Shown here piece by piece: positions 15,001 through 28,500 of a stretch of DNA of 64,000 nucleotides (within the stretch, counting starts at the first letter, position 1; each line of letters opens with the position of its first letter). The notes beneath the pieces are model-generated. The model ran no database searches. It saw only the letters and a program-made list of their open reading frames with translations, and was not told where the DNA came from. Position numbers and translations under genes: made by a program. This stretch comes from Eledone cirrhosa. Lineage: Eukaryota. The stretch is from assembly GCA_964016885.1 (NCBI GenBank), contig OZ024742.1, positions 143,716,001-143,780,000 of the forward strand. The letters are read 5' to 3'.

Positions 15001-18000
15001 TAATAGTGTTGTTGTTGTGATTGTGGTAGAGGTGTGACAATGGTGTTGTTGTTGTTGTGATGGTGGTAGTGGTGTGATAATGGTGTTGTTGTTGTTGTTG
15101 TGATGCTGGTAGTGGTGTGATAATAGTGTTGTTGTTGTGATGGTGGTAGTGGTGCGATAATGGTGTTGTTGTTGTGATGGTGGCAGTGGTTTTATAATTG
15201 TGTTGTTGTTGTTGTGATGGTGGCAGCGGTGTGATAATGGTGTTGTGGTTGTGATTGTGTTAGTGGTGTGATAATGGTGTTGTTGTTGTTGTGATGGTGG
15301 TAGTGGTGTGATAATGGTGTGGTTGTTGTGATGGTGGTAGTGGGTTGATAATAGTGTTGTTGTTGTGATGGTTGTAGTGGTGTGAAAATGGTGTTATTGT
15401 TGTGATGGTGGCAGTGGTGTGATAATGGTGTTGTTGTTGTTGTGATGGTGGCAGTGGTGTGATAATTGTGTTGTTGTTGTCGTGATGGTGGTAGTGGTGT
15501 GATAATGGTGTTGTTGTTGTGATGGTGGCAGTGGTGTGATAATGGTGTTGTGGTTGTTGTGGTGGTGGCAGTGGTGTGATAATGGTGTTGTTGTTGTTTT
15601 GATGGTGGCAGTGGTGTGATAATGGTGTTGTTTTTGTGATGGTGGCTGTGGTGTGATAATAGTATTGTTGTTGTTATGGTGGCAGTGGTGTGATAATGGT
15701 GTTGTGGTTGTTGTGGTGGTGGCAGTGGTTTGATAATGGTGTTATTGTTGTGATGGTGTTAGTGCTGTGATAATGGGGTTGCTGTTGTTGTGATGGTGGC
15801 AGTGCTGTGATAACGGTGTTGTTGTTGTTGTGATGGTGGTAGTGGTGTGATAATGGTGTTGTTGTTGTGATGGTGGCAGTGGTGTGATAATGGTGTTGTT
15901 GTTGTGATGGTGGCAGTGGTGTGATAATAGTTTTGTTGTTGTTGTGATGGTGGCAGTGGTGTGATAATGGTGTTGTGGTTGTTGTGATGGTGTCAGTGGT
16001 GTGATAATGGTGTTGTTGTTGTTGTGATGGTGCCAGTGGTGTGATAATGGTGTTGTTGTTGTGATGATGGTAGTGGTGTGATAATGGTGTTGTTGTGATG
16101 ATGGGAGTGTTGTGATAATGGTGTTGTTGTTGTTGTTGTGATGGTGGCGGTGGTGTTATAATGGTGTTGTGGTTGTGATGGTGGCAGTGGTGTGATAATG
16201 GTGTTGTTGTTGTGATGGTAGCAGTGGTGTGATAATGGTGTTGTTATTGTGGTGGTGGTAGTGGTGTGATAATGGTGTTGTTGTTGTTGTGATGGTGGCA
16301 GTGGTGTGATAATGGTGTTGTTGTTGTTGTGATGGTGGTAGTGGTGTGATAATGGTGTTGTTGTTGTGATGGTGGTAGTGGTGTGATAATGGTGTTGTTG
16401 TTGTGATGGTGGTAGTGGTGTGATAATGGTGTTGTTGTTGTTATTATTGTGATGTTGGCAGTGGTGTGATAATGGTGTTGTTGTTGTTGTGATGATGGTA
16501 GTGGTGTGATAATGGTGTTGTTGTTGTGATGGTGGCAGTGGTGTGATAATAGTTTTATTGTTGTTGTGATGGTGGTAGTGGTGTGATAATGGTGTTGTTG
16601 TTGTTGTGATGGTGGCAGTGGTGTGATAAGGGTGTTGTTGTTGTGATGGTGGTAGTGGTGTGATAATGGTGTTGTCGTCATGATGGCGGCAATGGGGTGA
16701 TAATGGTGTTGTTGTTGTTATTGTGGTAGAGGTGTGATAATGGTGTTGTTGTTGTTGTTGTGATGGTGGTAGTGGTGTGATAATGGTGTTGTTGTTGTTG
16801 TGATGTTAGGTAGTGGTGTGATAATGGTGTTGTTGTGGTGATGGTGGCAGTGGTGTGATTATGCTGTTGTTGCTGTTGTGATGGTGGTAGTGGTGTGATA
16901 ATGGTGTTGTTGTTGTTGTGATGGTGGCAGTGGTGTGATAATGTTGTTGTTGTTGTTGTTGTGAAGGTGGCAGTGGTGTGATAATGTTGTTGTTGTTGTG
17001 ATGGTGGTAGTGGTGTGATAATGGTTTTGTTGTTGTGATGGTGGCAGTGGTGTAATAATGGTGTTGTTGTTGTGATGGTGACAGTGGTGTGATAATAGTG
17101 TTGTTGTTGTGATGGTGACAGTGGTGTGATAATGGTGTTGTTGTTGTGATGGTGACAGAGGTGTGATAATGGTGTTGTTGTTGTTGTGATGGTGGTAGTG
17201 GTGTGATAATGGTGTTGTTGTTGCGATGGTGGTAGTGGCGTGATAATGGTGTTGTTGTTGTTGTGATGGTGGCAGTGGTGTGATAATGGTGTTGTTGTTG
17301 TTGTGATGGTGGTAGTGGTGTGATAATGGTATTGTTGTCATGATGGCGGCAATGGGGTTATAATAGTGTTGTTGTTGTGATTGTGGTAGAGGTGTGACAA
17401 TGGTGTTGTTGTTGTTGTGATGGTGGCTGTGGTGTGATAATGGTGTTGTTGTTGTTGTTGTGATGGTGGTAGTGGTGTGATAATGGTGTTGTTGTTGTGA
17501 TGGTGGTAGTGGTGCGATAATGGTGTTGTTGTTGTGATGGTGGCAGTGCTTTTATAATGGTGTTGTTGTTGTTGTGATGGTGGCTATGGTCTGATAATAG
17601 TGTTGTTGTTGTAATGGTGGCAGTGGCGTGATAATGCTGTTGTGGTTGTTGTGGTGGTGGCAGTGGTGTGATAATGGTGTTGTTGTTGTGATGGTGGTAG
17701 TGGTGTGATAATGGTGTTGTTGTTGTTGTGATGGTGGTAGTGGTGTGATAATGGTGTTATTGTTGTGATGGTGGTAGTGGTGTGATAATGGTGTTGTTGT
17801 TGTTGTGATGGTGGCAGTGGTGTGATAATGGTTTTATTGTTGTTGTGATGGTGGCAGTGGTGTGATAATGGTGTTGTTGTTGTGATGGTGGTAGTGGTGT
17901 GATAATGGTGTTGTTTTCATGATGGCGGCAATGGGGTGATAATGGTGTTGTTGTTGTTATTGTGGTAGAGGTGTGATAATGGTGTTGTTGTTGTTGTGAT

Positions 18001-20690
18001 GGTGGTAGTGGTGTTATAATGGTGTTGTTGTTGTTGTGATGGTGGTAGTGGTGTGATAATAGTGTTGTTGTTTTGATGGTGGTAGTGGTGCGATAATGGT
18101 GTTGTTGTTGTGATGGTGGCAGTGGTTTTATAATTGTGTTGTTGTTGTTGTGATGGTGGCAGTGGTGTGATAATGGTGTTGTGGTTGTGATTGTGTTAGT
18201 GGTGTGATAATGGTGTTGTTGTTGTTGTGATGGTGGTAGTGGTGTGATAATGGTGTGGTTGTTGTGATGGTGGTAGTGGTGTGATAATGGTGTTGTTGTT
18301 GTGATGGTGGTAGTGGGTTGATAATAGTGTTGTTGTTGTGATGGTTGTAGTGGTGTGATAATGGTGTTATTGTTGTGATGGTGGCAGTGGTGTGATAATG
18401 GTGTTGTTGTTGTTGTAATGGTGGCAGTGGTGTGATAATTGTGTTGTTGTTGTCGTGATGGTGGTAGTGGTGTGATAATGGTGTTGTTGTTGTGATGGTG
18501 GCAGTGGTGTGATAATGATGTTGTGGTTGTTGTGGTGGTGGCAGTGGTGTGATAATGGTGTTATTGTTGTGATGGTGGTAGTGCTGTGATAATGGGGTTG
18601 CTGTTGTTGTGATGGTGGCAGTGCTGTGATAACGGTGTTGTTGTTGTTGTGATGGTGATAGTGGTGTGATAATGGTGTTGTTGTTGTGACGGTGGCAGTG
18701 GTGTGATAATGGTGTTGTTGTTGTGATGGTGGCAGTGGTGTGATAATAGTTTTGTTGTTGTTGTGATGGTAGCAGTGGTGTGATAATGGTGTTGTGGTTG
18801 TTGTGGTTGTGGCAGTGGTGTGATAATGGTGTTGTTGTTGTTGTGATGGTGCCAGTGGTGTGACAATGGTGTTGTTGTTGTGATGATGGTAGTGGTGTGA
18901 TAATGGTATTGTTGTTGTGATGATGGGAGTGTTGTGATAATGGTGTTGTTGTTGTTGTTGTGATGGTGGCGGTGGTGTTATAATGGTGTTGTGGTTGTGA
19001 TGGTGGCAGTGGTGTGATAATGGTGTTGTTGTTGTGATGGTGGCAGTGGTGTGATAATGCTGTTGTTATTGTGGTGGTGGTAGTGGTGTGATAATGGTGT
19101 TGTTGTTGTTGTGATGGTGGCAGTGGTGTGATAATGGTGTTGTTGTTGTTGTGATGGTGGTAGTGGTGTGATAATGGTGTTGTTGTTGTGATGGTGGTAG
19201 TGGTGTGATAATGGTGTTGTTGTTGCGATGGTGGTAGTGGTGTGATAATGGTGTTGTTGTTGTTATTATTGTGATGTTGGCAGTGGTGTGATAATGGTGT
19301 TGTTGTTGTTGTGATGGTGGTAGTGGTGTGATAATGGTGTTGTTGTTGTGATGGTGGTAGTGGTGTGATAATGGTGTTGTTGTTGTGATGGTGGTAGTGG
19401 TGTGATAATGGTGTTGTTGTTGTTATTATTGTGATGCTGGCAGTGGTGTGATAATGGTGTTGTTGTTGTTGTGATGGTGGTAGTGGTGTGATAATGGTGT
19501 TGTTGTTGTGATGGTGTCAGTGGTGTGATAATAGTTTTATTGTTGTTGTGATGGTGGTAGTGGTGTGATAATGGTGTTGTTGTTGCTGTGATGGTGGCAG
19601 TGGTGTGATAATGGTGTTGTTGTTGTTGTGATGGTGGCAGTGGTGTGATAAGGGTGTTGTTGTTGTGATGGTGGTAGTGGTGTGATAATGGTGTTGTTGT
19701 CATGATGGCGGCAATGGGGTGATAATGGTGTTGTTGTTGTTATTGTGGTAGAGGTGTGATAATGGTGTTGTTGTTGTTGTGATGGTGGTAGTGGTGTGAT
19801 AATGGTGTTGTTGTTGTTGTTGTGATGGTGGTAGTGGTGTGATAATGGTGTTGTTGTTGTTGTTGTGATGGTGGTAGTGGTGTGATAATGGTGTTGTTGT
19901 TCTGATGGTGGTAGTGGTGTGATAATGGTGTTGTTGTTGTGATGGTGGTAGTGGTGTGATAATGGTGTTGTTGTTGTTGTGATGGTGGCAGTGGTGTGAT
20001 AATGGTGTTGTCGTTGTAATGGTGGTAGTGGTGTGATAATGGTGTTGTTGTTGTGATGGTGGTAGTAGTGTGATAATGGTATTGTTGTTGTGATGGTGGC
20101 ACTGGTGTGATAATGGTGTTGTTGTTGTGATGGTGGCAGTGGTGTGATAATGGTGTTGTTGTTGTGATGGTGGCAATGGTGTGATAATGGTGTTGTTGTT
20201 GTGATGGTGGTAGTGGTGTGATAATGGTGTTGTTGTTGTGATGGTGGCAGTGGTGTGATAATGGTGTTGTTGTTGTGATGGTGGCAGTGGTGTGATAATG
20301 GTGTTGTTGTTGTGATGGTGGCAGTGGTGTGATAATGGTGTTGTTGTTGTGATGGTGGCAATGGTGTGATAATGGTGTTGTTGTTGTGATGGTGGTAGTG
20401 GTGTGATAATGGTGTTGTTGTTGTGATGGTGGCAGTGGTGTGAAAATGGTGTTGTTGTTGTGATGGTGGCAGTGGTGTGATAATGGTGTTGTTGTTGTGA
20501 TGGTGGCAATGGTGTGATAATGGTGTTGTTGTTGTGATGGTGGTAGTGGTGTGATAATGGTGTTGTTGTTGTGATGGTGGCAGTGGTGTGATAATGGTGT
20601 TGTTGTTGTTGTGATGGTGGCAGTGGTCTGATGATAGTTTTGTTGTTGTTGTGATGGTGGCAGTGGTGTGATAATGGTGTCGTTGTTGTT
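1..20690. repeat. GT-rich satellite, 37/40-bp unit GTGATGGTGG(C/T)AGTGGTGTGATAATGGT(GTT)3-4, with higher-order repeats
   Basis: The unit reads directly along the whole stretch, and length variants differ by GTT triplets. Near-identical variant blocks recur at 970/7598/12969 and 2521/9149/14520. The array is truncated by the window start. Confidence 0.97.
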
Positions 20691-20850
20691 GATTGTAGTG
20701 GTGGTGGTGGTGGTGGTTTTATATTGTAGTGGTGATGGTAGGAGTGGTGAATTTAAGAAAATGTAAATAACAAATACTTTAATTATTTTTGATGATGTTA
20801 TTGTGTTTTAAAGAATGCTTAATTATTATCGTTGCTCTGGTCTAGACGGA

Positions 20851-20902
20851 TGTAGTAGTAGTGGTGGTGGTAGTAGTGGTAGTGGTGGTGATAGTAGTAG
20901 CG

Positions 20903-20995
<93 letters not shown>

Positions 20996-21108
20996 ATGGT
21001 GATGGTGGTGGTGGTGGTAGTAAAAGAAGCAGTAGTAGTGATGGTGGCGCTGGTGGTGGTGGTGGTAGTAAAAGTATTAGTAGTAGTAGTAATAGCAGTA
21101 GTAATATC

Positions 21109-21154
<46 letters not shown>

Positions 21155-21245
21155 ATGGTGATGGTGGCGGTGGTGGTGGTGGTGGTAGTAAAAGTAGTTG
21201 TAGTAGTAGTAGTAGTAGTGATGGTGGTGGTGCTGGTGGTAGTAA

Positions 21246-21307
<62 letters not shown>

Positions 21308-21324
21308 ATAGCAGTATTAATATC

Positions 21325-21386
<62 letters not shown>

Positions 21387-21399
21387 CAGCAGCAGCAGT
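20851..21399. repeat. (AGT)n/(GGT)n compound microsatellite
   Basis: Long pure AGT runs are interrupted by GGT runs, and the motif AATAGCAGTA-TAATATCAGT is repeated. Confidence 0.95.
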
Positions 21400-21605
21400 T
21401 TAGCCCCTGATTATCCCTAATCGAGCAGCCCTATGGTCAAAAGAATTCCAATCGTAACGATCGGATCTTTTCCTTACGTAAGGCCACAAGACCACATTAT
21501 CTAACTCTTTTCTTTTCTAAGACAATCGAGTATAGTTTTGAGGGAAACTTGGCTGCCTTTTCTTGCAATCACAAGACCACGTAGAGGGTTTCCCTAGTTG
21601 ATTCG
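21400..21605. mobile_element. probable short interspersed repeat fragment (unclassified)
   Basis: Non-coding sequence resembling, from memory, a common octopus repeat (..TTGGCTGC..TTTCT.GCA..GACCACGTAGAGG). A similar motif CTGCTATTTCTAGCAGG lies at ~40686. Not verified. Confidence 0.3.
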
Positions 21606-21756
21606 TCGAGGAACAAAATAGTAGCTGTTTTGGTAATAATGGTGATGTCTAGGCTAAAGTTGATGGTAGTGGTATTGGCTGCAGTAGTGGTAGTGGTGAT
21701 GGTAATGATTATGTTGAGTGAAATATGCTGTTGTTAGTGTTGTTGTGGTTACTGTT

Positions 21757-22046
21757 GAGAAGGCGCGGGGTTTTGTGTTTAGGGTATTCGGCTCACAATC
21801 ATAAGGTCCTGAGTTCGATTCCCGGCGGCGCGTCGTGTCCTTGAGCAAGATATTCTATTTCCCGTTGCTCCAGTCCACTCAGCTGGTAAAAATGAGTTGA
21901 ACTTGTAATTTGAAGGGACAATCTTGTCACGCTGAATTTCTCTGTGAACTATGTTATGGGTAAGCATGTCTGTGGAATGCTCAGCCACTTGCACGATAAT
22001 TTCACAAGCAGGCTGTTCCATTGATTGGATCAATTGGAACCGACGT
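21757..22046 (+). mobile_element. tRNA-derived SINE with CORE-like central domain
   Basis: Head GAAGGCGCG, degenerate A box, B box GAGTTCGATTCC, then GTGTCCTTGAGCAAGA...CCACTCAGCTGGTAAAAATGAG (MIR/CORE-like). It is colinear with the copy at 41600-41925. Confidence 0.85.
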
Positions 22047-22049
22047 TTG

Positions 22050-22251
22050 TCTTCCTTCCTTCCTTCCTCCCTTCCTTCTTTCTTTCCTTCTTTCCTTCCT
22101 TCCTTCCTTCCGTCCTTCTTTCCTTCTTTCGTTCTTTCCTTCCTTCGTTCTTTCCTCCCTTCGTTCTTTCCTTCCTTCCTCCCTTCTTTCCTCCCTTCCT
22201 TCCTCCCTTCCTTACTTCCTTCCTATATTCCTTCCTTCCTTTCTTTCTTCC
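22050..22251. repeat. (CCTT)n/(CTTT)n polypyrimidine microsatellite
   Basis: Read directly from the sequence. Confidence 0.95.
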
Positions 22252-22369
22252 TGTAATAGCAGTTATTGTGCAACGGAGGTGTTGTATTGGGCCTCTGTCA
22301 GTTTCAACGATGAGTGTTATTGTTTATTTGATCAGCAAAACAGCCTGCCCCTGAAACTAACGTTGAAAT

Positions 22370-22577
22370 GCCCAAGCATTCCACAGACACGTGTATTCTT
22401 AAGGAAAGCCTTACTCAGTGTGTGACAAGGCAGGCTCTTTGAATCACTGGTATAAATCATTTATTTCCAGCTGAGTAGACTGGATCAACGTGAAATAAAT
22501 ATGCCGCCAGAAATCGACTTCATGACCTTACAATCGTGAGCTGAACATCCTAACCACTGAGCCACAACAGACCTTCA
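22370..22577 (-). mobile_element. SINE of the same family, internally deleted; its head seeds the 55-bp array
   Basis: The minus strand reads TGAAGG..GTGGCTCAGTGGTTAGGATGTTCAGCTCACGATTGTAAGGTCATGAAGTCGATTTCTGGCGGC..TTTATTTCACGTTGATCCAGTCTACTCAGCTGG..CCTTGTCACA, which matches 21757 and 41600. Confidence 0.85.
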
Positions 22578-25500
22578 TGATCTTACAATCGTGAGCTGAA
22601 CATCCTAACCACTAAGCCACAACAGACCTTCATGATCTTACAATCGTGAGCTGAACATCCTAACCACTAAGCCACAACAGACCTTCATGACCTTACAATC
22701 GTGAGCTGAACATCCTAACCACTAAGCCACAACAGACCTTCATGATCTTACAATCGTGAGCTGAACATCTCAATCACTAAGCCACAACAGACCTTCATGA
22801 TCTTACAATCGTGAGCTGAACATCCTAACCACTAAGCCACAACAGACCTTCATGATCTTACAATCGTGAGCTGAACATCCTAACCACTAAGCCACAACAG
22901 ACCTTCATGATCTTACAATCGTGAGCTGAACATCCTAACCACTAAGCCACAACAGACCTTCATGATCTTACAATCGTGAGCTGAACATCCTAACCACTAA
23001 GCCACAACAGACCTTCATGATCTTACAATCGTGAGCTGAACATCCTAACCACTAAGCCACAACAGACCTTCATGATCTTACAATCGTGAGCTGAACATCC
23101 TAACCACTAAGCCACAACAGACCTTCATGATCTTACAATCGTGAGCTGAACATCCTAACCACTAAGCCACAACAGACCTTCATGATCTTACAATCGTGAG
23201 CTGAACATCCTGACCACTAAGCCACAACAGACCTTCATGATCTTACAATCGTGAGCTGAACATCCTAACCACTAAGCCACAACAGACCTTCATGATCTTA
23301 CAATCGTGAGCTGAACATCCTAACCACTAAGCCACAACAGACCTTCATGATCTTACAATCGTGAGCTGAACATCCTAACCACTAAGCCACAACAGACCTT
23401 CATGATCTTACAATCGTGAGCTGAACATCCTAACCACTAAGCCACAACAGACCTTCATGATCTTACAATCGTGAGCTGAACATCCTAACCACTAAGCCAC
23501 AACAGACCTTCATGATCTTACAATCGTGAGCTGAACATCCTAACCACTAAGCCACAACAGACCTTCATGATCTTACAATCGTGAGCTGAACATCCTAACC
23601 ACTAAGCCACAACAGACCTTCATGATCTTACAATCGTGAGCTGAACATCCTAACCACTAAGCCACAACAGACCTTCATGATCTTACAATCGTGAGCTGAA
23701 CATCCTAACCACTAAGCCACAACAGACCTTCATGACCTTACAATCGTGAGCTGAACATCCTAACCACTAAGCCACAACAGACCTTCATGATCTTACAATC
23801 GTGAGCTGAACATCCTAACCACTAAGCCACAACACACCTTCATGACCTTACAATCGTGAGCTGAACATCCTAACCACTAAGCCACAACAGACCTTCATGA
23901 TCTTACAATCGTGAGCTGAACATCCTAACCACTGAGCCACAACAGACCTTCATGGCCTTACAATTGTGAGCTGAACATCCTAACCACTGAGCCACAACAG
24001 ACCTTCATGACCTTACAATCGTGAGCTGAACATCCCAACCACTAAGCCACAACAGACCTTCATGACCTTACAATCGTGAGCTGAACATCCTAACCACTAA
24101 GCCACAACAGACCTTCATGGCCTTACAATTGTGAGCTGAACATCCTAACCACTGAGCCACAACAGACCTTCATGGCCTTACAATTGTGAGCTGAACATCC
24201 CAACCACTAAGCCACAACAGACCTTCATGACCTTACAATCGTGAGCTGAACATCCTAACCACTAAGCCACAACAGACCTTCATGACCTTACAATCGTGAG
24301 CTGAACATCCTAACCACTGAGCCACAACAGACCTTCATGACCTTACAATCGTGAGCTGAACATCCCAACCACTAAGCCACAACAGACCTTCATGACCTTA
24401 CAATCGTGAGCTGAACATCCTAACCACTAAGCCACAACAGACCTTCATGACCTTACAATCGTGAGCTGAACATCCTAACCACTAAGCCACAACAGACCTT
24501 CATGACCTTACAATCGTGAGCTGAACATCCTAACCACTAAGCCACAACAGACCTTCATGATCTTACAATCGTGAGCTGAACATCCTAACCACTGAGCCAC
24601 AACAGACCTTCATGACCTTACAATCGTGAGCTGAACATCCCAACCACTAAGCCACAACAGACCTTCATGACCTTACAATCGTGAGCTGAACATCCTAACC
24701 ACTAAGCCACAACAGACCTTCATGACCTTACAATCGTGAGCTGAACATCCTAACCACTAAGCCACAACAGACCTTCATGACCTTACAATCGTGAGCTGAA
24801 CATCCTAACCACTGAGCCACAACAGACCTTCATGACCTTACAATCGTGAGCTGAACATCCTAACGACTAAGCCACAACACACCTTCATGACCTTACAATC
24901 GTGAGCTGAACATCCTAACCACTGAGCCACAACAGACCTTCATGACCTTACAATCGTGAGCTGAACATCCTAACCACTAAGCCACAACAGACCTTCATGA
25001 CCTTACAATCGTGAGCTGAACATCCTAACCACTGAGCCACAACACACCTTCATGAACTTACAATCGTGAGCTGAACATCCTAACCACTAAGCCACAACAG
25101 ACCTTCATGACCTTACAATCGTGAGCTGAACATCCTAATCACTGAGTCACAACAGACCTTCATGACCTTACAATCGTGAGCTGAACGTCCTAACCACTGA
25201 GCCACAACACACCTTCATGACCTTACAATCGTGAGCTGAACATCCTAACCACTGAGCCACAACACACCTTCATGACCTTACAATCGTGAGCTGAACATCC
25301 TAACCACTGAGCCACAACAGACCTTCATGACCTTACAATCGTGAGCTGAACATCCTAACCACCGAGCCACAACACACCTTCATGACCTTACAATCGTGAG
25401 CTGAACATCCTAACCACTAAGCCACAACAGACCTTCATGACCTTACAATCGTGAGCTGAACATCCTAACCACTGAGCCACAACACACCTTCATGACCTTA

Positions 25501-28500
25501 CAATCGTGAGCTGAACATCCTAACCACTAAGCCACAACAGACCTTCATGACCTTACAATCGTGAGCTGAACATCCTAACCACTGAGCCACAACACACCTT
25601 CATGACCTTACAATCGTGAGCTGAACATCCTAACCACTAAGCCACAACAGACCTTCATGACCTTACAATCGTGAGCTGAACATCCTAACCACTGAGCCAC
25701 AACACACCTTCATGACCTTACAATCGTGAGCTGAACATCCCAACCACTAAGCCACAACAGACCTTCATGACCTTACAATCGTGAGCTGAACATCCTAACC
25801 ACTGAGCCACAACACACCTTCATGACCTTACAATCGTGAGCTGAACATCCTAACCACTAAGCCACAACAGACCTTCATGACCTTACAATCGTGAGCTGAA
25901 CATCCTAACCACTGAGCCACAACACACCTTCATGACCTTACAATCGTGAGCTGAACATCCTAACCACTAAGCCACAACAGACCTTCATGACCTTACAATC
26001 GTGAGCTGAACATCCTAACCACTGAGCCACAACAGACCTTCATGACCTTACAATCGTGAGCTGAACATCCTAACCACTGAGCCACAACACACCTTCATGA
26101 CCTTACAATCGTGAGCTGAACATCCTAACCACTGAGCCACAACAGACCTTCATGACCTTACAATCGTGAGCTGAACATCCTAACCACCGAGCCACAACAG
26201 ACCTTCATGACCTTACAATCGTGAGCTGAACATCCTAACCACTGAGCCACAACACACCTTCATGACCTTACAATCGTGAGCTGAACATCCTAACCACTAA
26301 GCCACAACAGACCTTCATGACCTTACAATCGTGAGCTGAACATCCTAACCACTGAGCCACAACAGACCTTCATGACCTTACAATCGTGAGCTGAACATCC
26401 TAACCACTGAGCCACAACACACCTTCATGACCTTACAATCGTGAGCTGAACATCCTAACCACTAAGCCACAACAGACCTTCATGACCTTACAATCGTGAG
26501 CTGAACATCCTAACCACTGAGCCACAACAGACCTTCATGACCTTACAATCGTGAGCTGAACATCCTAACCACTGAGCCACAACACACCTTCATGACCTTA
26601 CAATCGTGAGCTGAACATCCTAACCACTAAGCCACAACAGACCTTCATGACCTTACAATCGTGAGCTGAACATCCTAACCACTAAGCCACAACAGACCTT
26701 TATGACCTTACAATCGTGAGCTGAACATCCTAACCACTGAGCCACAACAGACCTTCATGACCTTACAATCGTGAGCTGAACATCCTAACTACTAAGCCAC
26801 AACAGACCTTTATGACCTTACAATCGTGAGCTGAACATCCTAACCACTGAGCCACAACAGACCTTTATGACCTTACAATCGTGAGCTGAACATCCTAACC
26901 ACTGAGCCACAACAGACCTTCATGACCTTACAATCGTGAGCTGAACATCCTAACCACTAAGCCACAACACACCTTCATGATCTTACAATCGTGAGCTGAA
27001 CATCCTAACCACTAAGCCACAACAGACCTTCATGACCTTACAATCGTGAGCTGAACATCCTAACCACTAAGCCACAACAGACCTTCATGGCCTTACAATC
27101 GTGAGCTGAACATCCTAACCACTAAGCCACAACAGACCTTCATGACCTTACAATCGTGAGCTGAACATCCTAACCACTAAGCCACAACAGACCTTCATGA
27201 CCTTACAATCGTGAGCTGAACATCCTAACCACTAAGCCACAACAGACCTTCATGGCCTTACAATCGTGAGCTGAACAACCTAACCACTAAGCCACAACAC
27301 ACCTTCATGACCTTACAATCGTGAGCTGAACATCCTAACCACTAAGCCACAACAGACCTTCATGACCTTACAATCGTGAGCTGAACATCCTAACCACTAA
27401 GCCACAACAGACCTTCATGACCTTACAATCGTGAGCTGAACATCCTAACCACTGAGCCACAACACACCTTCATGACCTTACAATCGTGAGCTGAATATCC
27501 TAACCACTGAGCCACAACACACCTTCATGACCTTACAATCGTGAGCTGAACATCCTAACCACTGAGCCACAACAGACCTTCATGACCTTACAATCGTGAG
27601 CTGAATATCCTAACCACTGAGCCACAACACACCTTCATGACCTTACAATCGTGAGCTGAACATCCTAACCACTAAGCCACAACAGACCTTCATGACCTTA
27701 CAATCGTGAGCTGAACATCCTAACCACTGAGCCACAACACACCTTCATGACCTTACAATCGTGAGCTGAATATCCTAACCACTGAGCCACAACACACCTT
27801 CATGACCTTACAATCGTGAGCTGAACATCCTAACCACTGAGCCACAACACACCTTCATGACCTTACAATCGTGAGCTGAATATCCTAACCACTGAGCCAC
27901 AACACACCTTCATGACCTTACAATCGTGAGCTGAACATCCTAACCACTGAGCCACAACAGACCTTCATGACCTTACAATCGTGAGCTGAATATCCTAACC
28001 ACTGAGCCACAACACACCTTCATGACCTTACAATCGTGAGCTGAACATCCTAACCACTAAGCCACAACAGACCTTCATGACCTTACAATCGTGAGCTGAA
28101 CATCCTAACCACTGAGCCACAACACACCTTCATGACCTTACAATCGTGAGCTGAATATCCTAACCACTGAGCCACAACACACCTTCATGACCTTACAATC
28201 GTGAGCTGAACATCCTAACCACTGAGCCACAACACACCTTCATGACCTTACAATCGTGAGCTGAATATCCTAACCACTGAGCCACAACACACCTTCATGA
28301 CCTTACAATCGTGAGCTGAACATCCTAACCACTGAGCCACAACAGACCTTCATGACCTTACAATCGTGAGCTGAACATCCTAACCACTGAGCCACAACAC
28401 ACCTTCATGACCTTACAATCGTGAGCTGAATATCCTAACCACTGAGCCACAACACACCTTCATGACCTTACAATCGTGAGCTGAACATCCTAACCACTGA

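Noticed and set aside
970-20509. His/Thr/Gln-rich ORFs on the minus strand
   Set aside because: They are translations of a 3n+1 satellite that cycles through frames and is nearly stop-free by composition.
1-20690. Telomeric repeat array
   Set aside because: It is GT-rich but contains no TTAGGG-type units.
20815-21420. Ser/Gly-rich 201-aa ORF
   Set aside because: It is a translation of the (AGT)n/(GGT)n microsatellite.
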